This document shows positions 37,902 through 51,266 of a DNA stretch of 64,000 bases, in pieces (positions within the stretch are counted from its first letter, which is position 1; the number at the start of each line of letters is the position of its first letter). The notes under the pieces were generated by a model that saw only the letters and a program-made list of their open reading frames with translations, was not told the DNA's origin and ran no database searches. The stretch comes from Pocillopora damicornis (taxonomy: Eukaryota). The DNA lies in the NCBI RefSeq assembly GCF_003704095.1, contig NW_020844515.1, positions 124,001 to 188,000 of the forward strand. Reading direction: 5' to 3'. A program made the position numbers and the translations under genes.

Positions 37902-40586
37902 TTACCGAGCACGTCTTGCTGAATTAAGCGAAGAACTTAATGGGGCTTGCGCTAGCTGTACACTTTGGCTCCTTATTCTGCTGCCTCTCCTTCCCGGGGA
38001 AAGGGCCCTTGAGGAGCTCACCGGAGGTGCCAATTGGTTTTGTTTCGGCCTGGGTGCGAGTGACGCTCTCTTTCCACGTGCCCCTTCAACCTGAAGTCTG
38101 CTCGGGGAATCCCTTGCTGTTGAGCGGATTTTCTCTGGTTTTGGTGGTGGTGGATTAAGCCGCTCTAAAAAAAACATGGGGAACATTTGCAATCAAGTTG
38201 CAAATTGAAAACAAATGAAGGCAGAATTTTTGCAATTTTATCAATATCTACGATAGCTGCAGGTTTCTTATAAACTCGATACAAACTCAAATCAAGTGCA
38301 CCTCGGTCCGCACGTTTTCCGGCGTTTTCAATACAAGAGGACGTTTAATTTGCATGTATTCACTTTGTTCTGATTGGCTGTGTTGGCTTGTTTACTTTTG
38401 GTTTTGCGGTGATCAATTGAGAAGCCTGCTAACATCAGATTTTAAACCACTTACCGAGAAATGCCTTATTTGTCTCCATTCCTTCCAGTAACGGTACAAA
38501 CGTCATATTTTCTCCGTCTGTTTCTATTGCAAAACAAGAAGAAATAATAATTAGGTTAGAAACTATGACTAGAGGCTAAGAGGAAAGAATAAGCGAGGTT
38601 GTAAGGTAAAAAACACATAATTGCAAAACTTACTTTCCCCTTTTACAAGAATAAGAATCTCTCTTTCATTCAAGTATTTTGTCCCATAATCCATTGGGTG
38701 ACTTTGAAGATTCTTTAGCGATCCACTTTCATCAGAGAGGTCGATGAAATCTGAAGGAAAATTTTGTCGTGCAGTTAAGTGATAAGTTCTCCCGTACCAT
38801 GTCTAACCCTGGTATTAAATTAATCTTAAACTTACGAATGGACGTAGAACATACTTGAATAACTTCAAATAAATGAACTTTTCGAATGAGTGTCGTAAAA
38901 CCCAGACCCAATTATAATTAAAAAAGCCAATCAGAAGAAAGGAAAATATCCTAAAGAGCTAATGAGAATTCAAAATAAAAACAAGCAAACCGCCTAAAGC
39001 GCGGGAAAACGCGGGCGACCAAGTTGTGATTGGTGATAGTTTTGCATGTGATTGGTTGAGAGAGTAGAGCGCGTTTTCTGGACCAATCACGGTAAAGCAA
39101 AACCCACCCAAGTTTTAAAGATTTATTGGTGGGTAAAGAATACCGGCAGGCAATATGGCGAACGATCGTGAAAGTAACAGGTAGCCAAGTGCCATATGCA
39201 AATTAACCTTTCTTCAAGAGTAACTCTGTAGGTATTCGTCTTGATTCTTTAGATTTTTTTCATTTCCTTTTCCAGTATCATATATCATCTTCGAACGTTT
39301 CATTCAAAATTTTTTTTTAGAAATGTTTTAATTTTCAAGCGCGATCCTATTCTAGTATCGAAATCTTCCCTTGATCTAGCTCCTGTGATCCTCCCACGAA
39401 TTGGATCATCGTTTAAATAAAAAAAAAACAATTGACGTCTTTTTATGAGTCAGTTTCCTTTTAGGTGTGTTCACCCACTCCTTCCTGAATGGATTCAGCG
39501 ACGAAGAAACACAATTGTCATTAACGCACGCAAAAACCGCAGAAGCGGCAAACGGTGTTTTCCATTCAATATCATGTTGAGTGTTATATTTTACAAGGAA
39601 TCCCGCCGAAGGCACTATATCTAGGTTCCACGTATTTTGGCAATTTTCTGCCAATAATTCTTGTGAACTGCCGACGAAGTTGCTAAGTTCTGAATTTTAT
39701 TATGTCTAAATATTGACATGAATTTCGGATGGGGTCAAAAAAAATTTCAAAGTTTTACATCCATGCTAAAGTTTGAGAAAAAAAAAACTCTCTTTTCACC
39801 GTCATCTTCACAGTCACATCTTTCTTTGATATTACTCAGCAGTAGGCAATTTCTACAATTCGGGTTGAAAAGTTCGGTTTTGTCATCTGAAAAAAAATTG
39901 AATCAGTCAAACAATTTGAGAATAAATAGAATCTACATATGTATGGAATAAAACGTGGGAATTGACTTGCTGATCTTCCAATAAGCCCTCGGATAATCAA
40001 TAAATTTTCTGGTGCGTGAACAAAGATTTTTAACATGAAATTGTGAACAGGAAATGATTTGTGTAATTTCGCTGACAATTTCAACACATTACGATTAAGC
40101 CGAAAGGTAAACACATCGGGCATCTTCCTAGTAAATAGAAAATCTATTTACGGTCGAGGAAATGACTTAATTTCCATATCGGACGGTTGTATTTCCAATA
40201 TAATTTTATTCAGTCCTGATTAAAAAGACAGAGCTGGGGAACCTTTTGGTCACATTATAACGGTAAAGATTCCCCATAAAATCCTTGAAAAAAGTCCTTA
40301 AGTACTTCAAGAAAAAAAATTCATTGTTCAATTAAAGACCTTTAAGGTTATTCACCCGCCTGTGGAGCACAATAAAGCATTTTTCCTTTAGCCATTTTTG
40401 AAAAAATTCTCAATTGCGTCTAATGCATCACCTCGAAATGATGATCCCCTCGGTGCTCAAGAATTTTTCGTGTGGTTCTTTTCAGTAGCGCAATATGTTA
40501 ACCGTATTTTCGCAAGCAAGTCGATATTTATTAGTCAATGTGCCTGAAAATTTCACCAAACCTGCAAATTTCACTGTTATGAACAT
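37902..40586 (-). CDS. CXorf65/C22orf15-like uncharacterized protein, about 186 aa
   Basis: Exons 40586-40562, 39886-39800, 38750-38634, 38523-38455, 38164-37902, all introns phase 1. Protein MFITVKFADDKTELFNPNCRNCLLLSNIKERC...IDLSDESG...YGTKYLNEREILILVK...FVPLL, then a basic Pro/Arg/Ser tail; matches the CXorf65 family pattern as I recall it. Confidence 0.8.
38878..39102 (-). mobile_element. CCAAT/GATTGG-rich MITE family copy
   Basis: cctaaagcgcgggaaaacgcgggcgaccaagt is the reverse complement of the core of 12826-13104. Confidence 0.7.
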
Positions 40587-40731
40587 GTTGTGGAGACTTT
40601 GGTTGAATCACTCTTTCGAAGGAACCGCTGCGAGTAGAAGGTCAGTTTGGGGAAATGACAGGCCCAAGCGAATCCTTGTTTCCTTTCTCTGAGGAATACT
40701 GCTAGAAAATAAAAGACGCCTCACCGCCAAT

Positions 40732-40746
40732 GTTTGCCTTAGAAAC
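40732..40746 (-). promoter_or_regulatory. RFX X-box-like motif GTTTCTAAGGCAAAC upstream of the CXorf65-like gene
   Basis: About 146 bp upstream of the ATG, inside the CXorf65-like/AGGF1 divergent region; 13/15 identical to the motif at 47806. Confidence 0.4.
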
Positions 40747-41124
40747 GTGAATTATACCCTTAGTGTATTTCTGCACCTGCTATTTCAGCCTCGTTCTCAG
40801 CGCGTAAGCCTCGTTCTCAGCCAACCGTCACTCTCAGAAGTCTGGCTCGAGATATCATTTTAAAATGGCCGCGATGGCCGCCGCGAGCTGTGTCATCAGC
40901 TGTAGATCCTGAAGCATTCTGCTGTTGGATATAGCATTGGTCTTTACTAGAGTAAAAGTTTCAAACGTTTACAACAGATTGAGAAATCTTTTAGCGCCAA
41001 TAGTGGTTTTGCACGCAATGTGGCAAGATATAAACAGAGAATTCGAAGCTCTTTGTGGAGTTGGAGGAAAACACCAACATATGTATTCTGTGTTCTTTGT
41101 AGATCTTGCGGCTCATGACGGCGA

Positions 41125-44100
41125 ATGGAGGATGAGAACAGGAAATTGGAAGGTTCGGCTAAAGATCTTGACGCGGCATCTTTGAAAGATGATAAGATCG
41201 CCGAATTGAACGGTCAAATAACCGAGTTAAAACGCGAGCTAGAGGCAGCTAGTAAGAAACTTCGGAAGGCTGAATTTGAACGTGATAGCGCACAAAGGAG
41301 TGTGGAAAATCTCAAAACTGAAGTGAGAGATTTAGGAAAAAAGCTGCAAGAAGAGAGAAAGAAGACTTTAGAGGGAAGAAATAAAAGCAATGATCCTCTA
41401 CAGGCTGAAAGCACGACACAAGGTTTTCTGCCACTTGTTTGCTTGTTTCTTAGTAATTGATATACATATCTGTGTGTACCTTTTCTTTGCAGATGAAGTT
41501 TTGGTTAGTCACTGTGATGATACTCTGGCACTAAAGTACAGTTACTTTTCTAACAACGGAGTTACTCCCAATGTAGATTGCATTGTTTCAACTACATACT
41601 GCAAGTCTTCTTCAGCCAATAATAATACTGACAACTAGATTAACACGTCATCTATAGTCAAAATACTGCATTCCACATTGAAGTGTCAATAATGTGAGAC
41701 ACAAAAATGTTTCTTTTCTTGGTGATTAATGAGTGGAGATGTAAGTTAATGGTTTTCTGAGACAAAGTTAACCTCCCTTAGGTACATGTATAGGGCTGGA
41801 GTATACCATTCTCTGAGGAATCAGAACTGTACCTCTTATTGCAACTTTTGAAATATTTTATATGTAGAGGCTTCAATTGGCAGTAACAAGAAGAAAAGCT
41901 GGCTATCAGGTGGTCATGGAAGCAAGGTAAAAAAATTGCTCTCAATTGGGCTTTTAATATTCAATGAAGAATTGCTGAAAAGTACAGCACTGCTGCTAAC
42001 ATGCATTTAAATGTACCATCCATATTTACCATTTACATGTACCACCCATATTTTTGTGGGAAAATGTGATGGGCACATTAAAGAGTGAATGAGGCTACAG
42101 TTACTATATGTGAAAGCAATGCTTCTTTTATTTATCCAGTTATGTTAAAATTTCTACAGGACCTCAAAGAGTCATTAGAACAAGCAGCTGCTGATGCCAT
42201 GTCTCTTGGTGGATTTGTTTATGATGAAAGGACAGGATTATACTATGACTGGAACACAGGTTACTACTATGACCCAGTAAGTTTTGAAGCTTGTACTGTC
42301 TTGATTATCTGAAAGCAGACCTTATACTCAAATTTGATTGAAGGGAACTGCAAAGGCTGTCTATTGCATAGCTATAAGTTTTAACAGCAGACTCTCTATT
42401 AAAGATGATAGATAATTCAATGAAATATTCACACAAAAGGCTTTTATTTATAGTGTAAGGTAGTGACAGCAAGCTGCAATTCAATTTTTTGTATATGTAC
42501 ATTGTATAGGTAAATTTTCTTACATAAATTTACAATATCATCATAAAAGGAAATAAAAATGAAGCAAGAAAATGTCACAGATCCATATTCTTAAGTTTTA
42601 TAGATTTCAGTTTAACTACAGCTGTAATGTTGTACATCTTTGTTATCTTCCACCGATAGATCTTCACTAAATGTCCTGAATGTGTCATAATTCATTACAT
42701 TTGTGACATCCATGAAACTGTTACTCTAAAATTAAAATGACGAGTTTCCTTTATTTTCTTTCAGAATAGCCGTTTATACTATGAAAACACTACAGGAACA
42801 TACTACTATTATGATGAACAAAGTGCTACTTACAAGTTTCACTCCAAAGTTGATTTGTCCTGTAATCTTGAAGAAGCAGCATCAACAGAAATAAAAAATG
42901 ACAAGGATGAAAGGGAGAGTGGTGAAGAAACCAGCGATGACGAGGAAAAAAATGACAAGGATTCAGAGAGTTAGTGGCTCTTTAATTATAAATTCTGTAG
43001 TATACATGAAGGGCTGTTTTTAGGAAAGTTTCTATAAGGTGCAATGATGTTTTATGGGAGGTGGTTGCATATAGGTTACATTCATCTGGGACTGGACAAA
43101 TTTTTGTGGGTTAAAAAGTTTTGCCTGAAATTTTGTTCTTATAGAACTACAAGTAGTAAACATCTCAACTTGGTTTGCTCATAACTGAGTGACCAGTTGA
43201 ACCTGTTTAATGGGTTTATGACCCAACTGTGCATACAATGTTGCTTTCTGCATTCTAAAATATTGGGGGTTTTTATTGTGCACCCATATGTATATGTAGC
43301 CATGCCCTTGCTATGCAAAAATTTTAAATGGTCATGATGTTCACACCATACAGTGTAATTTTGGAGACCATCTAGATAATATGTTAAAACCATCAAAAGT
43401 TATTTTTTATTTGTGTGTGCTGTGTTCATTTATTGTGAACGTGGTAAATTAATTGTTTAAGGGTTTTTTTTTTTTTTTTTGCAGTTACAGAGGTGCAGTT
43501 TCCTTGCATCAGAGCCATTGTAATCAAGTCTTTGAAAATGAAAGTCGGAAGTCTCTTTATTGTAACTTGTACTGGAGGAACAATTGGCAGGTATGTGTCA
43601 ATGACTATTAATGGGTGACCATAGTAATTAAAACAATTGTTTTGTTAAATACATAATAATATCTCCTAATTTTTTTCCCTTCTATTATGATACAGAACAA
43701 AAATAACCAACACCTAAGTGAATGCTGGACCACAATAAAAATTTCATACAACATTTGGATTTAGGAGATTTATCATTAATTGTCTTTGCGGTATTAAAAA
43801 AAAACCTTTGCCTTCTTACTGAGTGTACTTTAAAAGAAATTTAATGCGATTTTCTCTTGCAGAGAAAAAGATATGTCACATGTTATACGACTCCCTGATT
43901 TTGAAGTCAGTAAGGTATGCAGCACTCATTTGTGATTAGTTCTAAGCAAACATCTAATTGCTGAGAGCATCATTGTTTTGTAAATCCATTCACATTTTTC
44001 ACGATTTGTTCAGCTGCAGTGTAACATTGAGTTTGACAAAGAAAGGAGACAGTACTTCATCTGTGATGTTGGAAGCAGAAATGGAACATTCCTTAATGGA

Positions 44101-44974
44101 TCAAGACTTTCAGAGGTACACTGTAATCATCAAAATTATAAACACCAACCTACTCTGGTTCAAACTGATCATTGTGAATCAAACTCTTTACTGATTCTCG
44201 AAGACCTTAAATTGATAAACAGACAATAATGGCAGTGATTAATGTATAATGTGGACATTTTGTGATTTTATTATGAAATCATCAGAGCAAACAAAAGAGC
44301 CAGCTGCAGGTCATTACTCACGGTGACGAGCTGACCCTGGGAACCACCACATTTCATTTGCATATCCACCCAGGAACACAAACATGTGACTCCTGTGAGC
44401 CTGGCCAGGTACAGGCCCTGGCACATCAAGGCACCTCAACTGCTGTGGATGACGATGGTACTGTTGTTGTTTGTTACTGTTTGTAGGTTTTGTGCAGCAT
44501 ATGAACCAAATGTAGACAGTTATGAAGTTTTTTGTTTTAATAATGTTGACAATTTTATTGTTTCTAAGGTTTTTGTGAAAATATGGGTTTTTCATGGATA
44601 CTTACTGTACTTGTATGAAAAAGGTGAAACAGAATATTAGCAATTGGCATCTAGTTCAAACTGTTTCTTAGGTTATTACAGACTGAGTGCACATGATTGT
44701 TTGGGTATTGTAAGTTGATTATGTTGGATGATACAAGTAGATTGGTTGGTTTATCCCCTGAGCCAGTCTGATGGAGCTTACAAAGCGTCCCTCTTCTTGT
44801 ACATGTATGTGTGTTATATCATCAGTTTGCTCAACCAAGCAAGGAGAAACTGTGTGATAGAGTGCTACAACAACAACAACAACAACAACAACTTTATTTT
44901 TTTCACCCCAAAATATACAAGAAATAAAAATTTATAATAATAGTACAGACAATGATAGGGGTGCTGGCTGCCCA

Positions 44975-45010
<36 letters not shown>

Positions 45011-48000
45011 GTTAGTGAAAAATTGAAAATTTGGTTACCCTGTACATTCCGTTGCCTTTTGAGAGTTTACTTTTAGCACCAGGTGTAGGTAGGTGCGTAC
45101 GTTTGCCAAGTAACTTTTCGAAATTGGGCAATTTTCAACTGAGTGTCGCAAGAAATCAGTGATTGCACCGGGTTTGCTTTACTTTGCTCTGTAATTGGTC
45201 CAGATATCTCGCCCCACCATCTCAACCAATCAGGCATAAAAGTTGCTGCTTTGTACTATAACAGCCTCCGTTTGTTTAGGGCTTCTTTAGTTGGGCGGCT
45301 TTAAAGGACTGTAATAGTGGATCGTCTTTCTTGTAAGTCTTCTTTTTATGGTAGAAGTCAAACACTTCGTCCTTTTTAATGGCGATCATTTCTCCGTAGT
45401 CTATATTCCCATCATTGTCTGTATCTAGAATTCGAACGAGCTTCTTCAGCTGCTTTCTAGTCATTGGTATTCCAGCTTTCTTTACTCCGTTCATGAATTC
45501 TGCTCTAGAGATCTTTTTACTGTTGTCCTTGTCTAACTGGCGGAAAAAGTCTACCACCCGAAGACCTCTGAGCTCGATGTACTCCAAGAGCAAATTAAGA
45601 ACGTCCTGCAAAAAGAGGAGAGAAATTTGATTACTATAATTTCTGGGAAAATTGTTCACCTATCTCAACTTGGATAGCAACTTAGTGGTAAACGGCAGGT
45701 TTTTCTCTCAAACATTTTCCCGCCTTTCCGACTGTAATGTGAAAATTCCGCAACCAGCTTTTCCTTTTTTTCTGCTGTCAGTTGACAAAAAACCGCCGTC
45801 TTTAAATTAATTTTCCTCTTCCGTACCTATGAAAAATTTCTCGATTCATCTGCAATTTTAAGAATGAATAATTTGTTATCTTCGACTGCTCATCGTAAGT
45901 CAGAAGTAGCTATTTTTGCCGTATTGTCCGTAAATGATAGGGGTCAGTTGTGTGAACTGACAAAACTGGTTCTAGCCAAATTGAGTTCTCCCCTTCAAGT
46001 GAAATCAGTCTGATTATCCCAGCTCATTTCCTCTTCGCCTCGCAAAGCGCTTTTTGCTTACTCACCACTTTTTTCTTCATTCTCTTAACCCTGTCCTTCC
46101 CTTTCATGGCCGTTCCACACTGAACACTCAGATTCGGTCTCTCATCCAACACTTCCTCCAGTAAGTCCTCAAACTCGGCATTCATAGGAATGTCGTCGAA
46201 GTACAATTCTTCAATGGCGCTCTCTTTATTTTTCGCAACGGCGCTCAAGATCTCATAAGCACCCTCACTCTGGAACGGGTTCTGTCCGATGCGTAAGATC
46301 TGCAAGGTTGAATTTTTAGCCAGCCCGTTTGCCAGACTCTTTGCTCCAGCGACAGATATCCGGTTACTAGAAATATCAAGCTCAGTCAGAGTGTTGTTCT
46401 CGCTCAGTGCTTCGCCGATTGCTTTTGCGCCGTCGTCTGCGAAGCCATTCCATGACAAGTCCAGAAATTTTAAAGCGCAGTTGTTTCTCAATCCATAAGC
46501 AACGGCAATCGCTCCTTGCCTTCTGAAGTGATTCCAACTCAAATCGAGATACTCTAGACCAACATTGGCGTCAATTGCTGGGCCTAGCAGTCGTCCACCC
46601 ATTTCACAGAAGCGATTATGACTCAGATTCAATGATTTCAGAGTGTAATTCTGCTTCATAGCTTCCACTATAGGTTCAGCATCTTTTTCCTGGAAACCGT
46701 TATTCGAGAGGTTAAGCTCAAGGAGTTCGGAGTTCTCTCTTAGCATTTCTGACATAGCATACGCCCCTTGCGTGCGCAGATCATTCTGCGAGACGTCCAG
46801 TTCTGTAATATACGGGTTCTCGGTTAGCATCTTGGCCATGTAGATAGCCCCGTCTGCACCGATGCAATTATCAGCAATATTCACCGACAGCACTTTTGTA
46901 TTTTGCATCAGCGCTACCGCCACTGCTTCGGCTCCAAGCGACCCAAGATTGTAATGCTTCAGATTCATCTCTGCCTTACCGATTTGCTTGAGAAACGGAG
47001 TGCAAGGGATCAGGCCAAGATTTTTACAGGCTGTCAGATAATTTTCCCTTCCTTGGTTATTTTCCTGAGGATCTTCCTCTATGAAATCGTTTTCTAAGTC
47101 TGTGTCATATTCATCATCACTACTATCTGCTGTTTTTTCTGGATGTACAGGCTCAACCGCCGGGATTTCTTCGACCGTTTCGAGCGCCGTGGGTGGCACT
47201 TGTCTTATGCAGTCCACCTGAACTGGATACTTTGTTGACATAGCTGCTGAGACTGCAGAGCAAACAAAAACAGTGAGATAAGAATCGAACCTACATATGG
47301 TTTGAAAAGCCCTTTCTTCCGGCTTTAATATGTCGAAAGTTTGACAGGTCAAATTTTCAAGAATCCCGTCATATCAGAAATCTCGAGTTAAAATAAATCA
47401 AGTTAATATCGTTTTAAATCATTTCCCGTACATTTATTTAATAACAGCGCTTGATATTTTACTCAGAAGCTAAATAACTGTCAAATATGAAGTAAAGAAT
47501 TCTTTTAACCAAAATTGAAGCGAGATGTTATTATGGAGTACAATTTCACCTGAGTTGCCTTGTTCTTTGTTATTCTGTCTGCGTTCTTAATATAACTGAT
47601 GCTTCATAGATCCTTGGTAAAGGCACCTTATAATGATAAGTTGTTAATGCTGTTACCCATTCCAAATAAGCTAGTCCTTATGCTAAGAATCATTCGGAAG
47701 AGAAATAAATTTTCGTTTCTCGAGTGACTCACCGCATGTGAAATCCTGAATCACTTATTCAAAACAGCTAGGGCATGCTAAATGACTGAGGCATTTAAAC
47801 AATTTGTTGCTAAGGAAAACGAAAAGTTACTGCTGTGAAGACAAAACACAGGTTGAGCGTTGGAGAGATCTCGACCAATGATATTTTTCCCTGCAACATA
47901 AGGCCTTTGTCTAGAAATGTGCAAATATGAATTATTCATTGCACACGTAAACACACGACAGGTGGAATATGTTATGTTTACTGTTAACATTTACATTTAT

Positions 48001-51000
48001 CGGGTTTTAAGGAACTTTCAGTCCACGAGAAAGATTTGTTTTTGTTGAAAAGGCAGAGACAATGTAACTTTCCGATAATAAAAGACGATGTGTGGCCAAC
48101 CGATTGACTCTGAAATTTTTTACTTTATTTTTTTTTCCTTTTTTAACATATGCAAAGAGTAGATAGGCTTAGCCAGGAATTAAAATAAGGTTTGCAGCTT
48201 GTAGTTTATGGACCCTTTTTAGTGATTAAGGGAACAGATTCGTCAATTTGAGTGGGGAAGACGGGAAGAATTAATATTAGACCATGAAATTGATTCAGGT
48301 GATGAACATTTGCGATAAAGTTCGCTTAGTACTTAAAATATTCGTTCTCTTATGTATTTATTTTCAATGCAGATGTATGCCGTGTAGAATTAATATAATT
48401 TATTCAAGTCAATATGAATATTTTGGGCAAAGAATTTTCTTGTCCTGGCTGGGCGCCTCATTAAAATTGATTAGCTTGGTCAATGACGCGGTTTTCATGT
48501 GGCAGTCATCTGAAATACAGCAGAAGCCTGATGGGCGATAAAGATTCACATCTTTAAGGTGTTATTTTTATCGTCCATTAGGATTTGTGTGTAAAGATAC
48601 CTTAAAGTTGTTATTCCCTACAAATTTAAACGTTAACGTTCAGAAGCACAGTGTGAAGTACGAGTACTTGTATGGTCCTCATCGTCTATAGGTTTTGTAA
48701 ATTAGAATGGTTAATGTTGATGATGGTGTTCTTTTTATTCAAGCAATTATGTCGATTTCCAAATAAAGAATGTTGTTTGGACTTCGAAAATTCATCAACA
48801 ATTTAGAAAGCTTCCTTCCAATTCCGTAAATGACTTTAAAAATGCATAATACATTAGTTGTCTTAATAATCATGGAGATCGTTGTTTGTAGCCATCTTCG
48901 TGACCAGTTCACATCCATGATTTTAAACGCTTAGAGGTGTGGTAAACTCTTGCGCACTACATGCACCATCAAAATTTGGTTTTATTGGCTTTAAAGTTGT
49001 TTTTAAGGGATAGGAAAGTAAAAAAAAAAACCTTCGTACTTTTGTCATGTGTAGAAGGCTTAGTAAGGTAGAAACAGATTACGCTAATTTTTCAATTACT
49101 TATGTCAGTGAATTTGGTATTATCAGCTGAGTTGATAACGTAAATTGGCCACCGTTTAGAGTTTCATAGCCAATTTACGGTATCAACTCAGTTTATAATA
49201 ACAAATTGGCTTGTTATACTCTCCCACCAACGCAGCGCCACAGTTTCTTTAGAAACTTACCTATTTTGTCCACTTATTAAAGTGGTCTGTCAGTTTCTTT
49301 GACTTTGCTTCCTTTTCTTTTTACAGTTACCATTACAAAAGTTGTTCCCGGAGATAGATCGTTAAATTCACTTTCAGTTCAAGAACAGAGGAAATCAGAA
49401 CTGAAGAGAATCAAGAGAGCTTACGCGTTAGAGGTGGGCTTTATTTCTTTTGTAAGCTCCAGAGAGAATTTTTCACTTAGTTCACATTTCGGGGCAAACT
49501 TTCAAGCAAGTGTCGACAGCAATCTACGAATGTTTTGGATTTGATTCATTACGCTCAGTAATTGGTTTAAAAATCTCATACCACCTTCTCAACATTACGA
49601 AACAGATGCAAATAAATGGTCGTCGGAAGTGGACTGCGGTTTAAGCAGTTGCAGAAAAGAAGCCTGAAAAAATTCAGGCGTCGATAGGATTCGAGCCCGT
49701 GCCTCCCTAATACTAGTTGGTGCCATTATCAACTCAGCTACGAAGCCATACATAGGGAGCGAGGCAAATTTTAATGGCTTCATCTTTCCCCTCAGAGAAA
49801 GCTGATCTCCTTCAGTTCGGCGTTGAAAACCAGTCCTAAAGAATGGTAATTCCCGTGTATCTCTCGTTATGGCCGACCATGTTAGCGTACTCTCATCAAG
49901 ACCTCTTGGTTCATTATGAAATCTAGCTTTTAAAATGTATTTTCTCTTTCAGGATTCAACTTACTGTGAACAACCTACCGATGGAACTCTTGCAGGAAAA
50001 TACAAAAATCGTGCAGAAGTCAGGTTGGCTTTAATAACTTTTAGCTGAGTTCTGGTTTCATTTTATCGTTGCCAAATGGTCTTCATCCTTCAGCCCAGAT
50101 CTGATACGTGTACTTAACAGTTAAAAGTACACTCAGCAATTTTTATGATGTTCCACTTGATGGTGATTTTGTTTTTACTTGGATGTTAGACGCACCAAAG
50201 TGGGAAGTGACGTTCCTGTTGCGACTGCTGACGATCTCCCAGCATCCGTTCACCGGTAAAATGTGTTTTGATGTAGTGTGAGTGTATTCTGCTGATTGAA
50301 CATCAAGGGGAACTGCTAATGAAAAACAGTGTCAGCTTTTGCACTTTATTTCACGTGTTGGTTATGAGGAGTAAACTGGGTGGTCTGTTTGTTCTCTGTT
50401 CGCCCTCTTATTGCATTGCTTTTTATTTTCCACCGTGAGGAAAGGCGACATAAAGCAATCGTTTGCCGCTGACATCACCAGTTTGATTTGCCTTGGCTTG
50501 GTTTGGTTTTGTTTCTTGTTTTCCTTTTCTTCTTTCTAGGCTTTTGGTGAAAGTTGCTTCGCAAAATCTGTTTATATCCGGATATCTTCATTTTCAAATA
50601 CCTTGTACCCTAATGTTTTCATGTTTTCAGACCTATCAAAGAAGAAAATGTTGGACGTAAAATGTTGGAAAAGATGGGCTGGAAAGAAGGAGAGGGCCTA
50701 GGACGAGAGGGAGCAGGTCGCCTTGAACCCGTAAGGATTTACGAATTTTTTTTTGGATAAGGACACAGGAGTCAGTTTTAACAGCTCTGGGCTAAGGAGC
50801 TTGTGTTACAATATTACTTTAGCCGATTTTGAGTAATGAAAATATACAAAATAGAACTGATGTTAATTTGGCCCCGTCTCCTTATCGGTTATTCTCCAAA
50901 TCGACAATTTATCGAGCTCTGACACTCACACTTTTCTCACGCAAAACTTTCCTTTTTTCTGTTTTTCTTCAGGTAACAGTCGAAGTCCGTGACAGTCTCC

Positions 51001-51266
51001 GAGGTCTTGGTTCGGGTGTTAAAAGGAGCATTGATGACGTCGATAGCAAAAGTTACATCCGGGCTAAAACAAGAGAGAGGTTCGAACAGCCAAAATCGGC
51101 AACTTCTGGTACAGTGAAATTCGTGGCTGCCCACACCACTCGACCAGAAAAGGAATCATCGTCAAACTTCAACGAAATTAATGACATTTCTGTAGAGAAA
51201 CCTAGAAGTAGTCAAGAGTTACCGCTGACGCTGAAGACGGAAGAATTGGATATTTTTGCAGAGTGA
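41125..51266 (+). CDS. AGGF1: Angiogenic factor with G-patch and FHA domains 1, about 582 aa
   Basis: Exons 41125-41422, 41868-41926, 42160-42276, 42765-42969, 43485-43590, 43863-43914, 44014-44115, 44286-44457, 49327-49433, 49953-50023, 50190-50255, 50631-50730, 50973-51266. Coiled coil, OCRE ([22 protein letters not shown]), FHA (TIGREK...VSK...[12 protein letters not shown]), [18 protein letters not shown]-patch ([19 protein letters not shown]). Confidence 0.95.
44868..44892. repeat. (AAC)n microsatellite, about 8 units
   Basis: Read directly from the sequence. Confidence 0.9.
45276..47241 (-). CDS. LRRC74-like leucine-rich-repeat protein with a C-terminal EF-hand pair, about 501 aa, nested in AGGF1 intron 8
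   Basis: Coding exons 47241-46066 and 45605-45276 (phase 0). Acidic YDTDLE segment, [14 protein letters not shown]-like LRRs ([24 protein letters not shown]), EF loops [13 protein letters not shown] and [13 protein letters not shown]; an acceptor just upstream of the ATG implies 5'UTR exon(s). Confidence 0.88.
47806..47820 (+). promoter_or_regulatory. RFX X-box-like motif GTTGCTAAGGAAAAC upstream of the LRRC74-like gene
   Basis: Lies about 75 bp upstream of a strong minus-strand donor (GTGAGT near 47731), a putative first UTR exon. Confidence 0.4.
49630..49790 (-). mobile_element. Degenerate tRNA-derived repeat related to 16438-16663
   Basis: gcctgaaaaaattcaggc hairpin next to B-box-like ggattcgagccc and D-arm-like caactcagcta on the minus strand. 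Confidence 0.5.

Noticed and set aside
39208-39654. Extra coding exon or ORF in intron 2 of the CXorf65-like gene
   Set aside because: Stops in all frames upstream of the apparent donor; the five-exon model is complete without it
41493-41638. Alternative AGGF1 exon, or C/D snoRNA (GTGATGA...CTGA)
   Set aside because: As an exon it ends in a stop and is not needed for phase; as a snoRNA it lacks a terminal stem and a recognisable antisense element
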